The notes beneath the pieces were generated by a model. It was not told the origin of the DNA and did not search any database. It was given only the letters and a program-made list of their open reading frames with translations. Source: Antechinus flavipes (lineage: Eukaryota). From it: a stretch of 64,000 bases of DNA. The position numbers and the translations under genes are program-made. This document shows positions 23,588-37,120 of the stretch, piece by piece. Every line of letters begins with the position of its first letter. Position 1 is the first letter of the stretch. Location of the stretch: the NCBI RefSeq assembly GCF_016432865.1, contig NC_067400.1, positions 624,464,001 to 624,528,000 on the forward strand. Direction: 5' to 3'.

Positions 23588-25259
23588 GTCCAATAAAGTC
23601 TATCATCCACGGCAACCGGACTCCTGGCTCCTTCTGTCCCTTTGTGCCAGTGCCTCCCATCAGGGGAGGGAGTGCTTTGGGGGCCCACACACACAGCAAG
23701 CGGGGCTTGAGAGGACATTCAGTGCCATAAGTTTGTCCTTAACTGAGCAAGGAAGGATTCCTAAGGTGGGATGCCTGCCTCTGAGCGCTTTGTTTTCCCT
23801 CCGGGGTTAAAGTGATGTGGCCTGGGAATGGAGAGAGGGGTCAGACTACATCTGCAAACCCCATACAATCTTGGGGTGAGGACCCTGGGAGGGATCTGGG
23901 GAGAGAGGTCCTTGTGACACTTGAAAATCTCCCCAAAGACAGAGCTTGGTCTCTACTGCTTTGTACCCACAGTCTGGGTGCTTAATAAATAAAATGTTGA
24001 ATTTTTAAAAGCATATTTTGGTTAAGCCATTTAGGGTCTGGTGTTGGCCATATTAGGATTTTTGCTTCCTTGCCATGAGGTCCTAGGTTGTACCACCCTG
24101 AACTCTTCTGCTTCGGTGCTTTTTCCTTTGCCATCATCTTCAGAAAACTGCTTACCATTCTCTGGGATTCTTTTCCCTTCCTAACCTCAACAAGTTTGTC
24201 GGCCAAGCTTAAGTTTTTCTCAGCCCATTAGATCTACTTAAGCTCTGAGAAGCTGAGGTCTCAAGTATGCACTAGTTGGGTGCCCTGGGTCTCCCTAACT
24301 TAAGCTTTAGACCAGTTTACCTCCCAGACTGATCGCCCCCATCCCACCCCCAATCTTACCCTACTACCCAAGAAACCACACTCGGGATGAGTAAGGACAA
24401 ATCTCCCACTTAACCTCACTTTTCAGGCCCCTCCTAATTAGTTGGAAATAGCCCATGGCCATGAATTATTCCAAAAGCCCTTGATTGTGTTGAGGTCATA
24501 CTCCAACAGTTCCATAAGCAGAGGTCAACCCTGGTTCCCAACATCTCAACTACTGTAGATGGGCCCTGGGTGCAAGGAACAGATGAATCTAGAACGCTTT
24601 CCAAAGGGAAGAAAATACCCCAAGTAGGGGAGAGCCCCGGCTGCTTGGTGGGAGGGTGGCTAAGGGAGCTCCCTCAAGGTCCCCTATCAAGTTAGGTATT
24701 CCTGGCTGCATTCACCTCCCGGCAGAGGGAGGCAGAGACTACTGTGGTGGTGCCCAATTGAGTGGGCAGGGAGGCTTTCCAGGTGGCTGATGGGAAGTGG
24801 GAACCACAAAATGGGAGTCACCTGTGAGCACCCTTCTCTGTGAGGATGTAATGGGGGAGGGGGACAGTTCTATGAGGAACTGTGGGTTATAAAAGGGAAG
24901 GAGTGCCCTACCTGAAGCAACAGATCAAATCCAGCCTCCCACACGTGCTCTATGATTCCGAGGGAGTTCACTTAGACTTGACCTGGAGAGGGATGTGGCC
25001 AGACCCAAATGAAACCAAATCAGGCCATGAAGGCACCAAACTGAACAAGAATGGGGTCATGAGTTAGTCTAGAACTCGTTCATGGAGAGGTGATTAATTG
25101 GAGTAAGGATCAGGTGACCTACGGGAAATAGTGGGAGCTTCCACAGGGGCCAGATGCCCACCTAGCACCACAGTGCCCGTTGACCGGAGACCATTGGACA
25201 AGTAGGTGTCAGAACATCTTGGGAGCCTGATGGAAAAAGTGGGAGTGACAGTTTCAATG

Positions 25260-25578
25260 GATCAGTGATGGACAGAAGCAGCTACACCTAGAGAAGGAAC
25301 ACTGGGAAATGAGTGTAAATTGTTTGCATTTTGGTTTTTCTTCCCGGGTTATTTTACCTTTTGAATCCAATTCTCCCTGTGCCACAAGAGAACTGTTGGG
25401 TTCTGCACACATATATTGTATCTGGGATATACTGCAACCTATTCAACGTGTATAGGACTGCTTGCCATCTGGGGGAGGGAAAAAGTGGGAACAGAAGTGA
25501 GTGCAAAGGAAAATGTAGAAAATTACCCAGGCATGCCCTCTGTCAATAAAAAGTTATAATTATTAAAAAAAAAAAAAA
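25260..25578 (+). mobile_element. L1 3' end
   Basis: 3'UTR closely similar to the reverse copy at 35047-35700; ends aataaaaagttataattatt plus A-tail. Confidence 0.8.
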
Positions 25579-26998
25579 GTGGGAGTGAGGCCCTGTGCCC
25601 CTTTAAAGGGGTTGAAGGTTGGAGGAATTGGCAATCCGTGGGACTGATGGTGGGAAGGGGTGGGCCTGGGGCATGGGGTACAGTGCTTGTGAGATGGAGG
25701 ATGAGGGGGAAAGGGGCACTTATGGGGACAACGGGATTTTCAGTTCTGTGCAGCTGAGTGTTCCGGAGGGGAGAAGCAGGAAGACATTGAAGGGTTTGGC
25801 AAGGGCTGACTTGGGGAGGGAACCGGCCAGGGACTTGCAGGATGGGGCAGGAAAGTCCGACTCCCCTTGACCCCACTTGTAGGTTACTTGGCAAGGATAC
25901 TAGTGATCCACCTTCTGCTTCTCGGCCTCCTCTAATGTGTGGGGAGCAGACCAGCCGGGCACAGTGACCTCCTCCAGGCTGGCGCTCTACCCGTTTCCCC
26001 ACCCAGCCACCCCTGCAGGGCTCGAGGAAAGCCGAGGAAGAAGGCTGGGCAGCTGGGGAGAGCCAAGAAATGGCAGGAGGTTAGTCAGGAATTCCTATTA
26101 AGGAAGTGTTGGGAGAGCCAGCTTAGCATGAGCCCCGGGTGGGGCAGGCTGGGAGCAGACTATTCAGGCCCAGAAATCTGGAAGGGAAGCAGTGAGAGGG
26201 GCCGGTGCCATGGCCCTGGGTCCTACCTCTCTGCTGACGGCACACAAGGCTCCTCTTCCCGGCCAGATCACCAGAAAAAGCCTCCGGTCCCCTCCGGACT
26301 CGTTCCTTAGCCCTTGGCGGTCCGGCTTCTGACGTCATGAGAATCTCAAATCCCCGAGCTCATTTGGATCCCGGGGCTCAGTGCACGGAGTGCCAGCCTG
26401 TAGGCGGGAGGACCCGAGTTCAAATCCAACCTTAGACTGGCTGTGTGACCGTGAGAAAATCGCAACTCACCAGCCCCACAAGAAGCGCCTGTGAAGTCCC
26501 AGCCCCTGCACTAACGTTGGGTACAAGGAGTGGTACAAGAGTTCCTGCTCTGTCTGAGGGGAGACAGCATCCTGGGCACCCAGGATAAAGACCCGGGCCT
26601 TCAGGGGTGAAGGCTGCCTGGGGGAGGCAGGGGTTAGGGACCTGAGGGAGCAAGGAGGGCCAGAGAAAATGCTGCAGAAGCCGCCAGGTGGGCTAGAGTA
26701 CATGAAATAAGGGGGGAGGGGGGAGGAAGGCTAAGGAGGGCCCCCCAATGGCAAAAGAGCATCTTGTGTTGGATCCTGGAGCCAATAGGGACCTTGCTGG
26801 ATTTGATTGACTGGGGGAGTGTGACTGGGGCAGACCTGGGCTTCAGAAAAAGCCTCTTGGTGGTTGAATGGAGGAGGCCCAAGGTGGGGAGAGGCAGACA
26901 GGCTCTCATCTCTCTCTCCCTCCTTCCCTCCCCTTTCTCCCTCCTCTTGCCCCTCTCTCCCCCATCCCCTTTCCCCCTCTCTCTCCCTCACTCTTTTC

Positions 26999-27546
26999 TG
27001 TTATGGGCCAGAACTTGAAACAAGGAGCTAAGTCAGTGGGATTGATAGAGACAATAGCTATCTAATTTAGCAAGGTTGGGTATGATTGATTTAATCCTCC
27101 AAGGAGATGTCATGGGCCAGAACGTGAAACAAGGTACTGAGTGGAACTGAGGAGATAATGGTTAAATCTAGTTTAGCATTGATTTCATCCTAAAACAAAT
27201 AATGGTTTCCCAGTGATAGAATGATTGCTGTGTACTCAGTGTGGAACATGTAGGGCCAGAAGGACAAGCGCACTAGAAGCTCTCTCTTCCACATTTGTTG
27301 TGGCTGAAGCACAAATCTTTGGATTTGGGGAATTCAGGAGCCAGAGAAGGCAGGCAGGAGCTCAAGCTCTTAGAACCAAGACTACAGAAGGCCTTTAAGA
27401 AAGCTAACCGGGCGCAGGAAGGAGACAAGACTTGGAAAGAGAAGGATTTGGACTTTAATCCCTGACTGCATTTGGGGTGATTATTAAACTGAAAGGAAGG
27501 CTGCTCCCAGAGAACTCCAAGAAAACCTCAACAAGAGACTATTACA
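26999..27546 (+). mobile_element. Solo LTR with duplicated 5' end
   Basis: tgttatgggccagaac...actattaca (TG..CA); flanks cttttc / cctttc as a near-perfect 6-bp TSD; 5' motif repeated at 27108; orientation not independently confirmed. Confidence 0.6.
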
Positions 27547-27629
27547 CCTTTCCCTTCCCTCCCTTCCTCCCTCTTCTCTGTCTCTCTCCTCCCCCTTTCA
27601 TCCCTCTCTTTCATCTTTCTTTTCCCTTC

Positions 27630-28830
27630 CCTGTTTGTGGCAAGAATTGGAAACTGAGTGGCTGCCCATCAGTTGGGGAATGGCGGAATAAGTTATGGTG
27701 TATGAATGTTATGGATATTATTGTTCTGTAAGAAACAAGCAGCAGGAGGATTTCAGAGAGGACGGAGAGATCTGCATGAACCGATGCTGAGGGAAATGAG
27801 CGGGACCAGGAGATCAGTGGACACAACCACAAGATGTATATTATAACCCATTGCCGCTCTTTTCAACATCGAGGTGATTCAGACCAATTCCAATAGACAT
27901 GATAGAGAGAGACATCTTCACCCAGAGAGTGGACAGTGGAGACTCAGTATGGATCCCAGGGTTTTTTTTTTTGGTTCCCTTTTTCTTTTCTTTTTTTATT
28001 AAAGCTTCTTATTTTCAAAATATATACGTGGCTAATTTTCAACATTCATCCTTGCAAAACCTTGTGTTCCAATTTTTTCCCTCCCTTCTCCCCACCCCCT
28101 CTCTTTAGATGGCAAATAATCCAATATATGAATTCTTCTGTACATATGTCCACAAATATCATGCTGCACAAGAAAAAAAGGGGAAAAAATGAGAAAGAAA
28201 ACAAAATGCAAGCAAAACAACAAAAATGGTGAAAATATATATTGTGATTCATCCTCAGTTCCTCCCTTTGGATGCAGGTGGCTCTCTCCATCAGACCATT
28301 GGAACTGGCCCAAATCACCTCATTGTGGAAGAGGGCCACGGCCATTAGAATTGATCCTCATATGATCTTGTTGAAGTGTATAATGATCTCCTGGTTCTGC
28401 TCATTTCACTCAGCATCAGTTCATGTAAGTCTCGCCAGTCCTCTCTGTATTCATCCCGCTGGTCGTTCCTTACAGAACAATAATATTCCATAACGTTCAT
28501 ATACCACAATTTATTCAACCATTCTCCAATGGATGGGCATCCATTCATTTTCCACTTTCTGGCCACTACAAACAGGGCTGCCACAAACATTTTGGCACAT
28601 ACGGGTCCCTTTCCCTTCTTTAGTATCTCTTTGGGGTATAAGCCCAGCAAAAACACTGCTGGATCAAAGGGATGCACAGTTTGAGGCTTTGGGCATAGCT
28701 CCAAATTGCTCTCCAGAATGGTTGGATCCATTCACAATAACATCAACAAGAACACAAGATTTTTAAAGGGTGAATGCTGAAAACTATGCATATGTTCTGA
28801 AAATAAAAAGCTTTAATAATTAAAAACAAA
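27630..28830. mobile_element. Cluster of L1 3' fragments in both orientations (main piece ~27985-28740 on minus)
   Basis: Minus ORF 28345-28731 is L1 ORF2 C-terminus (KMFVAALFVVARKWKMNGCPSIGEWLNKLWYM). Confidence 0.8.
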
Positions 28831-28859
28831 CAAAAAAAAGAGAACAATCTCAGGGAGGT

Positions 28860-29230
28860 AATTGATATTATCATCCCCATTGTACAGATGAGCACACTGG
28901 GGATGCCGGGGTGCGGACTTGCCCAGGCTCACGGCACTAAAGACTGTCTGAGGCTTTATTTGGACCCAGGTCTTCCTTATGTCAAGTGCACCACGGCGCC
29001 TCCTAGGAGCCTCTGTCCACAATTGGGGCCAGCTAGATGGCACAATGGGTAGTCACTCCCTGAGTTCCAACCCGACCTCAGACACCGATTAGCCATGTGA
29101 CCCTGGGCAAGTCACCTGTTTGCCTCAGGTTCCTCATCTGTAAGGAAATACACGACAACCCACTCCATATCTTGGCTAAGAAAACACCCAATAGGGTGGA
29201 GAAGACTCAAATACGTATGAACAACAACAA
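28860..29230. mobile_element. MIR (minus) plus MAR1-type SINE (plus, from ~29025)
   Basis: attatcatccccattgtacagatgag core; ggggccagctagatggcac head, B box gagttccaacc, tail gaacaacaacaa. Confidence 0.65.
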
Positions 29231-29405
29231 ATGCCTTAACTCTCCATTCTCTCAATTCCAATAGACTTGGGATGGAAAATGGCATCCAGCCAGAAGCCTG
29301 GAGACTGCCGGGAACCAACATCCTGTTTTCCCCTTTTTCTTATTACTTTTTTTGTTTGTTTTTTCCCTTTCTCGTGGCTTTTCCCTTTAGGTCCGACTTT
29401 CCTTG

Positions 29406-30060
29406 TGTTGAGGTCTAGCTTTGGGGAACCTAAATGAAATTAGGGTTAAGGTCTAGTGGCAGGTTTGGGGTACAGATTTGGCCAAGGGGGTCTAGTAGCA
29501 GCGCGAGTTCCCAATAAAAGCATTTATTGGCCCGGAGAGCTAGATTGATTAAAGAGGTTTATTATTAGATAAGCAAAGGTAAAGTATAGGCGAAGGTAGA
29601 GATAAGGAGGGCACTGGACAGAGGGTCCAGTGGACAGAGGGTCCTCACATGGCAGCCATGTTTGGAATCTCTGCAAAGAGGGGTTCCCAGCGTGGCCTTT
29701 TTATAATAGGAGACTTAGCTCGAGGGGCTTTCGGGTGTAGCCCCAAAGTTGGCTCATATCCGGGTGGGGCTGGGAACAGGTCAGATCTTCTATTGGAATT
29801 CAAAGGGACCAGGATTTGTGAGTTAAAGGGCAATTGACATGATTAACTAGGAGAGGGGGGGAATCTAGAAAGCAAGCTTTCCCGCATGCACGACACAAAA
29901 AGGACAATGTTTACAAGAAGTGCACACGTCTGGCCTATCTGGGAGAGCTGCTGTGAGGGAGTTAGGGAGAAGAACCAGGGATGCAGGGTCTTCCAAAAGT
30001 CCCTGCGGGAAGGAAGCGAGCGCGTATTCAGCGCAGACAATGCCCGGGGCACGTGCTACA
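29406..30060 (-). mobile_element. Probable solo LTR, minus orientation
   Basis: Minus-strand TATAAAA (~29699-29705) followed by AATAAA (29558-29563), the typical U3-R-U5 order; TG/CA ends approximate; no TSD found. Confidence 0.5.
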
Positions 30061-31307
30061 GGCTTTAAGAATCTCTCCTTTTGGGGCATGCGTTTAAGCT
30101 ATGTGGAGCTACTCCCGGTTTAGAGAGGGGGGAGGGGAGGGAGAAAAATTGGGAACGGGAGGCTTTGCAAGCGGGAATGCTGAAAACTCTCTATGCTCCG
30201 GAAAAAAAGCGAGAGTTTAAGCAACAGCTCATTCGGTCCTCAAACTGCCCGGAGGCAGGCGCGTCCTCATCCAAGCGTCACCCACTCGTGGGCCTGTGGG
30301 TAAATTTGAGCTCGGGGCTGCGGGCTGGAGACCCAGGCCTCCGGAGGCCGCATGGGCCAGAGGTCCCACGAGGGGTAGACGGGGCTCAGCCAGGCAAGGT
30401 CTGTGCGCGGGGGGAGGGGCTGATTTTCCCGGAGAAGGCGGGCCTTCCTCGGAGGCGGGGACACAGTGCTCCTGGCGACCTCTCCGCCACTGTCCCCGAA
30501 GCCCTCCCCTTGGGAAGTGCCCTCCGTGGCCGGGGGCCGCCGTCCTCCCTTCCTCAGCGCCCCCAAACAGCCCGGGTCGCCCTCCTGAGCCACTGCGGCC
30601 GCGCCTCGCCCCCGCCCTCCCGCTGCGGGATCCCCCGGGGCCGCAGTCCGTGGGGTGTGATCTTGGGCGAGTCACGGCTTGCCTCGGTTCCCTGCCCGTA
30701 AAATGGGACACTACTGGGCGGCCCAGGAGGGCGGGTGGGGGCGATTAGCACAATGGGGGCCACACAAGCCCCGATTCCTGTCATCGCGGTCGTTCTATCT
30801 CCCAGCATTCCCCGGGGACTAGGCTCCTAATACAAAGAAAAAAAGCGGGCCATATCGAGTCTGACTGTGTGCCCCCCAACTTCTGCCAGGGGAGTCAGAG
30901 GGAAGGGCCGTAAAGCCCTCCCGGGCCGTGCGGGGCTCAAGGCCGCATCCACAAAGAAGGCCGCCGCTTGATTGGCGGATGGAAAAGAAAAGGGCACGGA
31001 GGACGTTCCCCGACGCTCCACCGGAAGTCCCGCCCCTCACGTCACGGCGCCACCCACTCCCACGTGGTGTTTTTTTCCTTCTCCGCCCCCTGGATGGACA
31101 CCACGTGTTCCTTCTCCGCTTCCCGGAAGTCCTGCCCACCTCCTCCTTTAGCTCCGGTCTTGGTCCCCGCCTGCCCGCTCCGGCGTGTTGCGTCACTTCC
31201 TGCTCGGCCCTTGCCTCGTGTTTAAGGAGACCCCGGCGGCGGCTTTCCGGTCCTTTTCGGTCCGTCCGTCCTAGAGAAGAGGAGCGAGAGACGAGCGAAG
31301 CGGCGCC

Positions 31308-33142
<1,835 letters not shown>

Positions 33143-33569
33143 GCCCCCCTGGCGGGGGTGGGGCGCGTGTGCCAGAGTGCCCGCCGTGGCCCTGCCAGCT
33201 GCTCTGCCAATAAAGACATCTTTCCCTATTCTCCGTGTCCTGTGCCTGTGTGACCCCCGCCCTCCACCTGCTGTGGACCCTTCCCCACTGTGGTCCTTGA
33301 GGACCCGACTGCTGAGGGTGCGGACCCTCCAGTCCCCTCCCCTCTCCCCAGCTCGGGGATGGGCCCAGTTGTGGGGTCTCGGGCTCAGTCAAACCCCAGC
33401 AAGGATGCAAAGGGCCTGCGCTCTTCTGGCTCCTGTGGAGTTGGGGGGCGTCTGCCCGGCCCCGCCCCAGGCCCCCCTCACGGCGGCAGGAAGGGCGCCT
33501 TTGGAAGAACCCGGAGGGGCCGGGGAGACGGCAGCTCCCCGGGGGTCCTCCTCTGGCTCGAGCGGCTTA

Positions 33570-33650
33570 CCCCCGACTCCCCATCCCCCACAGCCCGTAC
33601 CGGGTCTCCGATGGACTCTGGTACGAGGGTTGGGAGAAGGGGCTCCGGGA
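33570..33650 (-). ncRNA. MIR150: microRNA-150 hairpin
   Basis: 5p arm UCUCCCAACCCUCGUACCAGAG (33637-33616), loop containing AGACCC, 3p arm CCGGUACGGGCUGUGGGGGAUG (33603-33582); syntenic position between RPS11 and FCGRT. Confidence 0.93.
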
Positions 33651-33749
33651 CCGGCAGACGGGCTGGGCGGCTGCTGCTGCTGCTGGCACGGGGGAGCTTT
33701 AAAGCAGCCCCCCACCAATCGCCGGCAGCGCCCGCCCAGGGTGGGGGTG

Positions 33750-33815
33750 TGGCAGGTTCCTGTGAGAGGAAACCCAGGGGCCACATCAAAGCCCAGCGAG
33801 CAACAGGAAGTGCTC
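33750..33815. promoter_or_regulatory. ETS/TCF motif cluster upstream of MIR150
   Basis: ttcctgt 33757-33763, agaggaa ~33765, ACATCAAAG (TCF/LEF) 33783-33791, ACAGGAAGTG 33803-33812; function inferred from lymphocyte-restricted miR-150 expression. Confidence 0.45.
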
Positions 33816-35046
33816 TTGGCCCCCACCCAGGATCCTGGGCAGGGGAGACCCCACCCTTCTGTCCTCGCAAAGGGGCTCCAGTGAGGGGGACCCGAGGAGG
33901 CCGGGGGAAGGTTTCGCTGGCCGGCCTCCAGGGCAGCGCCCCCGGGCCCAGCTGGGATGGGCTCTCGGTGGCCAGCGGGCACATTGTGGGAGTCCCCCTC
34001 CTGGACTCTACCCCCATCAGGCGCCCACGAGGGGGGGGGGGGAACCGCCCTTCCCCCAGGGACCAGAGTTCAAATCCAGCCCCTTTGTCTATGAAGCAGC
34101 TGTGGTCACCGTAGGGCCTGGGGCAGTTGTGGGATCCAGAGTGACTGGCACCCTGCTCGCTGCCCAGTGGGGGGCGGCTCTGCTTGGGGTCCTGTTGTGG
34201 GGACCCTCGGCCCAGGCCGGGAAGCTGTTCTGGCAGGTGTTCCAGCCCGCTCTCCTGGTCCTCCCGCTGGCCAGTGGCGAGCCCTCCCTGCGCTCTCCGG
34301 CCAGAGAGCATCCTGGGAATGGAAGGCAGGGGCCTGGAGCGTCCACGGGGGAGCAAAGGGGAGGAGCTCTGGGGGAGAGCGGGGACCACGCCTGGGGCCG
34401 GGCTCCTGTGCCCACTTTCTCCGGGGGCATGAACCTGGCCGGCCAGCGCTCACCCTCGGGCCCAGAGCTGGGGGCGGGCAGGGCGCGGGCTGGAGCCTCC
34501 CCAATCCTCGGTGGGCCCGAGATGGCCTGCAGGCCCCTTCTGCTCCAGGAGCGGGAGCCCGGCCGAGGGGGAAAGGAGGCTTCCTGGGACACCACTCCCA
34601 AGGGGAGCATCCTGGTGAGCATTTATTAAGCGCCGAGGGTGTGCTGGGCACGGTGGCTAACTGCTGCAGAGAGGAGCCCCGGCTCTCCCAGGCAGGGGCT
34701 CGGGAGGCACCGAGGTCAAGGGGCGGGAGGGGGCGAGGAGGGGGCTCGGAGGTGCCGTGGGGGGAAGGAAAAGGGTCCTGCCGCGGCGCCGGCTGGAAAG
34801 TACCCAGAAAAACCAGAAGATGCAGGCGCATAAAAATAGCCCAGCCTTGGTTCCCAAGAAGGAGGAAGAGCCGGCGGGAGGGGGCTCTGGGTGCGGGCCC
34901 AGGGTGAGGTGGGCGTCGCCCTTGGAGGCTGCCGCCGTTTTCCTCTTTATTTGTGTCTGTGGCGAGGGCTGTGCAGTGGTTGGGGCCGGGGGCCGGGGGG
35001 CGGGAGGCCGCGAGGGGAGAGGGAAGGTGACGCCAGAACAACTCTT

Positions 35047-35700
35047 GGGAAAGAGGTTTTTTTTTTTTTTTTTTTTTTAAATTTTTATTTAATGATTACT
35101 TTATATTGACAACATTATCCCTTGCACTCGTTTCTTTTCCAATTTTTTTCCCCTCCCTCCCTCCACCCCCTCCCCTAGATGGCAAGCAGTCCTTTATATG
35201 TTAAATATGTTGCAGTATATCCTAGATACAATATATGTTTGCAGAACCGAACAGTTCTCTTGTTGCATAGGGAGAATTGGATTCAGAAGGTATAAATAAC
35301 CCGGGAAGAAAAACAAAAATGCAAATAGTTCACATTCGTTTCCCAGTGTTCTTTCTTTGGGTGTAGCTGCTTTTGTCCGTCATTTATCAATTGAAACTCA
35401 GGTCTCTTTGTCAAAGAAATCCACTTCCATCAAAATATGTCCTCATACAATATCGTTGTCGAAGTGTATAATGATCTCCTGGTTCTGCTCATTTCACTTA
35501 GCATCAGTTCATGTAAGTCTCGCCAGTCCTCTCTGTATTCATCCTGCTGGTCATTCCTTACAGAGCAATAATATTCCATAACATTCATATACCACAATTT
35601 ACCCAGCCATTCTCCAATGGATGGGCATCCATTCATTTTCCAGCTTCTAGCCACTACAAACAGGGCTGCTACAAACATTTTGGCATGTACAGGTCCCGGG
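35047..35700 (-). mobile_element. Young 5'-truncated L1
   Basis: Long poly-T ~35058-35078, well-preserved 3'UTR, ORF2 C-terminus (HAKMFVAALFVVARSWKMNGCPSIGEWLGKLWYM). Confidence 0.88.
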
Positions 35701-36813
35701 AAAGAGGTTTTTAAGGAAACAAATTTGGAAGGTTCTCGAAGAGGCTCCTGAGCAACTGTAGGAACTCGGTGGCTCAGGGAGTCCGCGAAGGCGGGAGGGG
35801 GACGGGGCGAGCGGGGGCTGTGCACTGGGTGCCTGGAAGCAGGCGAGACCCCGGCAGGGCCCGGGGAGTTTGGGGGTAGGAGGCCGTGATTCCCGGCGCT
35901 GGGACTTTTCCTTGGCCAGAGCTGTGATTTCCCAAGTGAGGCGGGTTCCTCTTCCCATAAAAACCCTTAACCTCCGGCAAGAGAACTCGGCAACAGCAAG
36001 ATCCTGTCCCGCTCAATGGGGACGGACGGACTGGAGCAAGGAGGTGCTTCCGGTGTGTTCCAAAAGGCTTGTGGTGGCGAGAGCCGGCTGGGCCCGGGAG
36101 AGACGGGGCCGGGTGGGCCTGGGAGAAGCCAGGGGCCTCCTGGGTCACCTCAGGGCCTTTGCCCTTTTGTTGCTTTTCCTTTCTCATTCTCCCCTTTAAT
36201 CTGATTTTTCTCCCGCCGCGGGGTACTTGTGGAAATGCACATGGAAGGCTTGCACACGATTGCGTGTTGTCTCGGGGAGGGAGGAAAAAGCAGGAGCACA
36301 AGATTGGGTGAAGGCTGAGAACTGCAGCTAGTTGGAAGCTAAAAGCAGAGGATCCGGGGGCGCCTCGGCTCCCACCCACGTTCGGTCCCCATCGGCCTTG
36401 GGGCGGCCGCGTCTGTCAGTCCATGGGATGCCTCGGCCGGTGGCCGGCTCAGTGGGAAGAGCCGAGGCCCCCGTGATGGCAGCACAGTCTCACCCCATTG
36501 GCTCGCAGTCCGTTCTTCCTTCTAGAAGGGGGCCATGACAATGGGAAGGGGGGACCCGGACACGCGAGTGATGTGGATCCAAGTACGGGAGGGCCCCGCA
36601 GTCACCGGCCTCACTCCGGAACCACCGAGTCCAGTTGGGACAGTGGAGCGGGCAGAGGCAGCCAAGTCACTGGGAGGGCCGCCCCCCCCCCCCCCCCCGC
36701 CCCCTCCATCCGCAGGTGGGTGGAGTACAGCTCCACCTGGTGGCCAAATTCCATCCCACTCCCTTGCTGGATAATTACCCAGTGGCAGCCTGCCTCCCAG
36801 TAGCCGCCGAGGG

Positions 36814-37120
36814 CTCCCCTGTGGCCTCTCCTGTGGCCTCCCCGTGGCCTCTCCCGTGGCCTCTCCTGTGGCCTCTCCTGTGGCCTCCCCATGGCCTCCC
36901 CGTGGCCTCCCCGTGGCCTCTCCTGTGGCCTCTCCGTGGCCTCCCCGTGGCCTCCCCGTGGCCTCCCCTGTGGCCTCCCAGTAGCCTCCGAGGCCTCCCC
37001 TGTGGCCTCCCCGGTGGCCTCCCCCGTGGCCTCCCCGTGGCCTCCCCTGTGGCCTCCCAGTAGCCTCCGAGGCCTCCCCGGTGGCCTCCCCTGTGGCCTC
37101 CCCGTGGCCTCCCCGTGGCC
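36814..37120. repeat. Minisatellite, 11-12 bp unit (cc[t]gtggcctcc)
   Basis: Over 20 tandem copies; source of the spurious GEATGEAT and VASPVASP ORFs. Confidence 0.92.
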
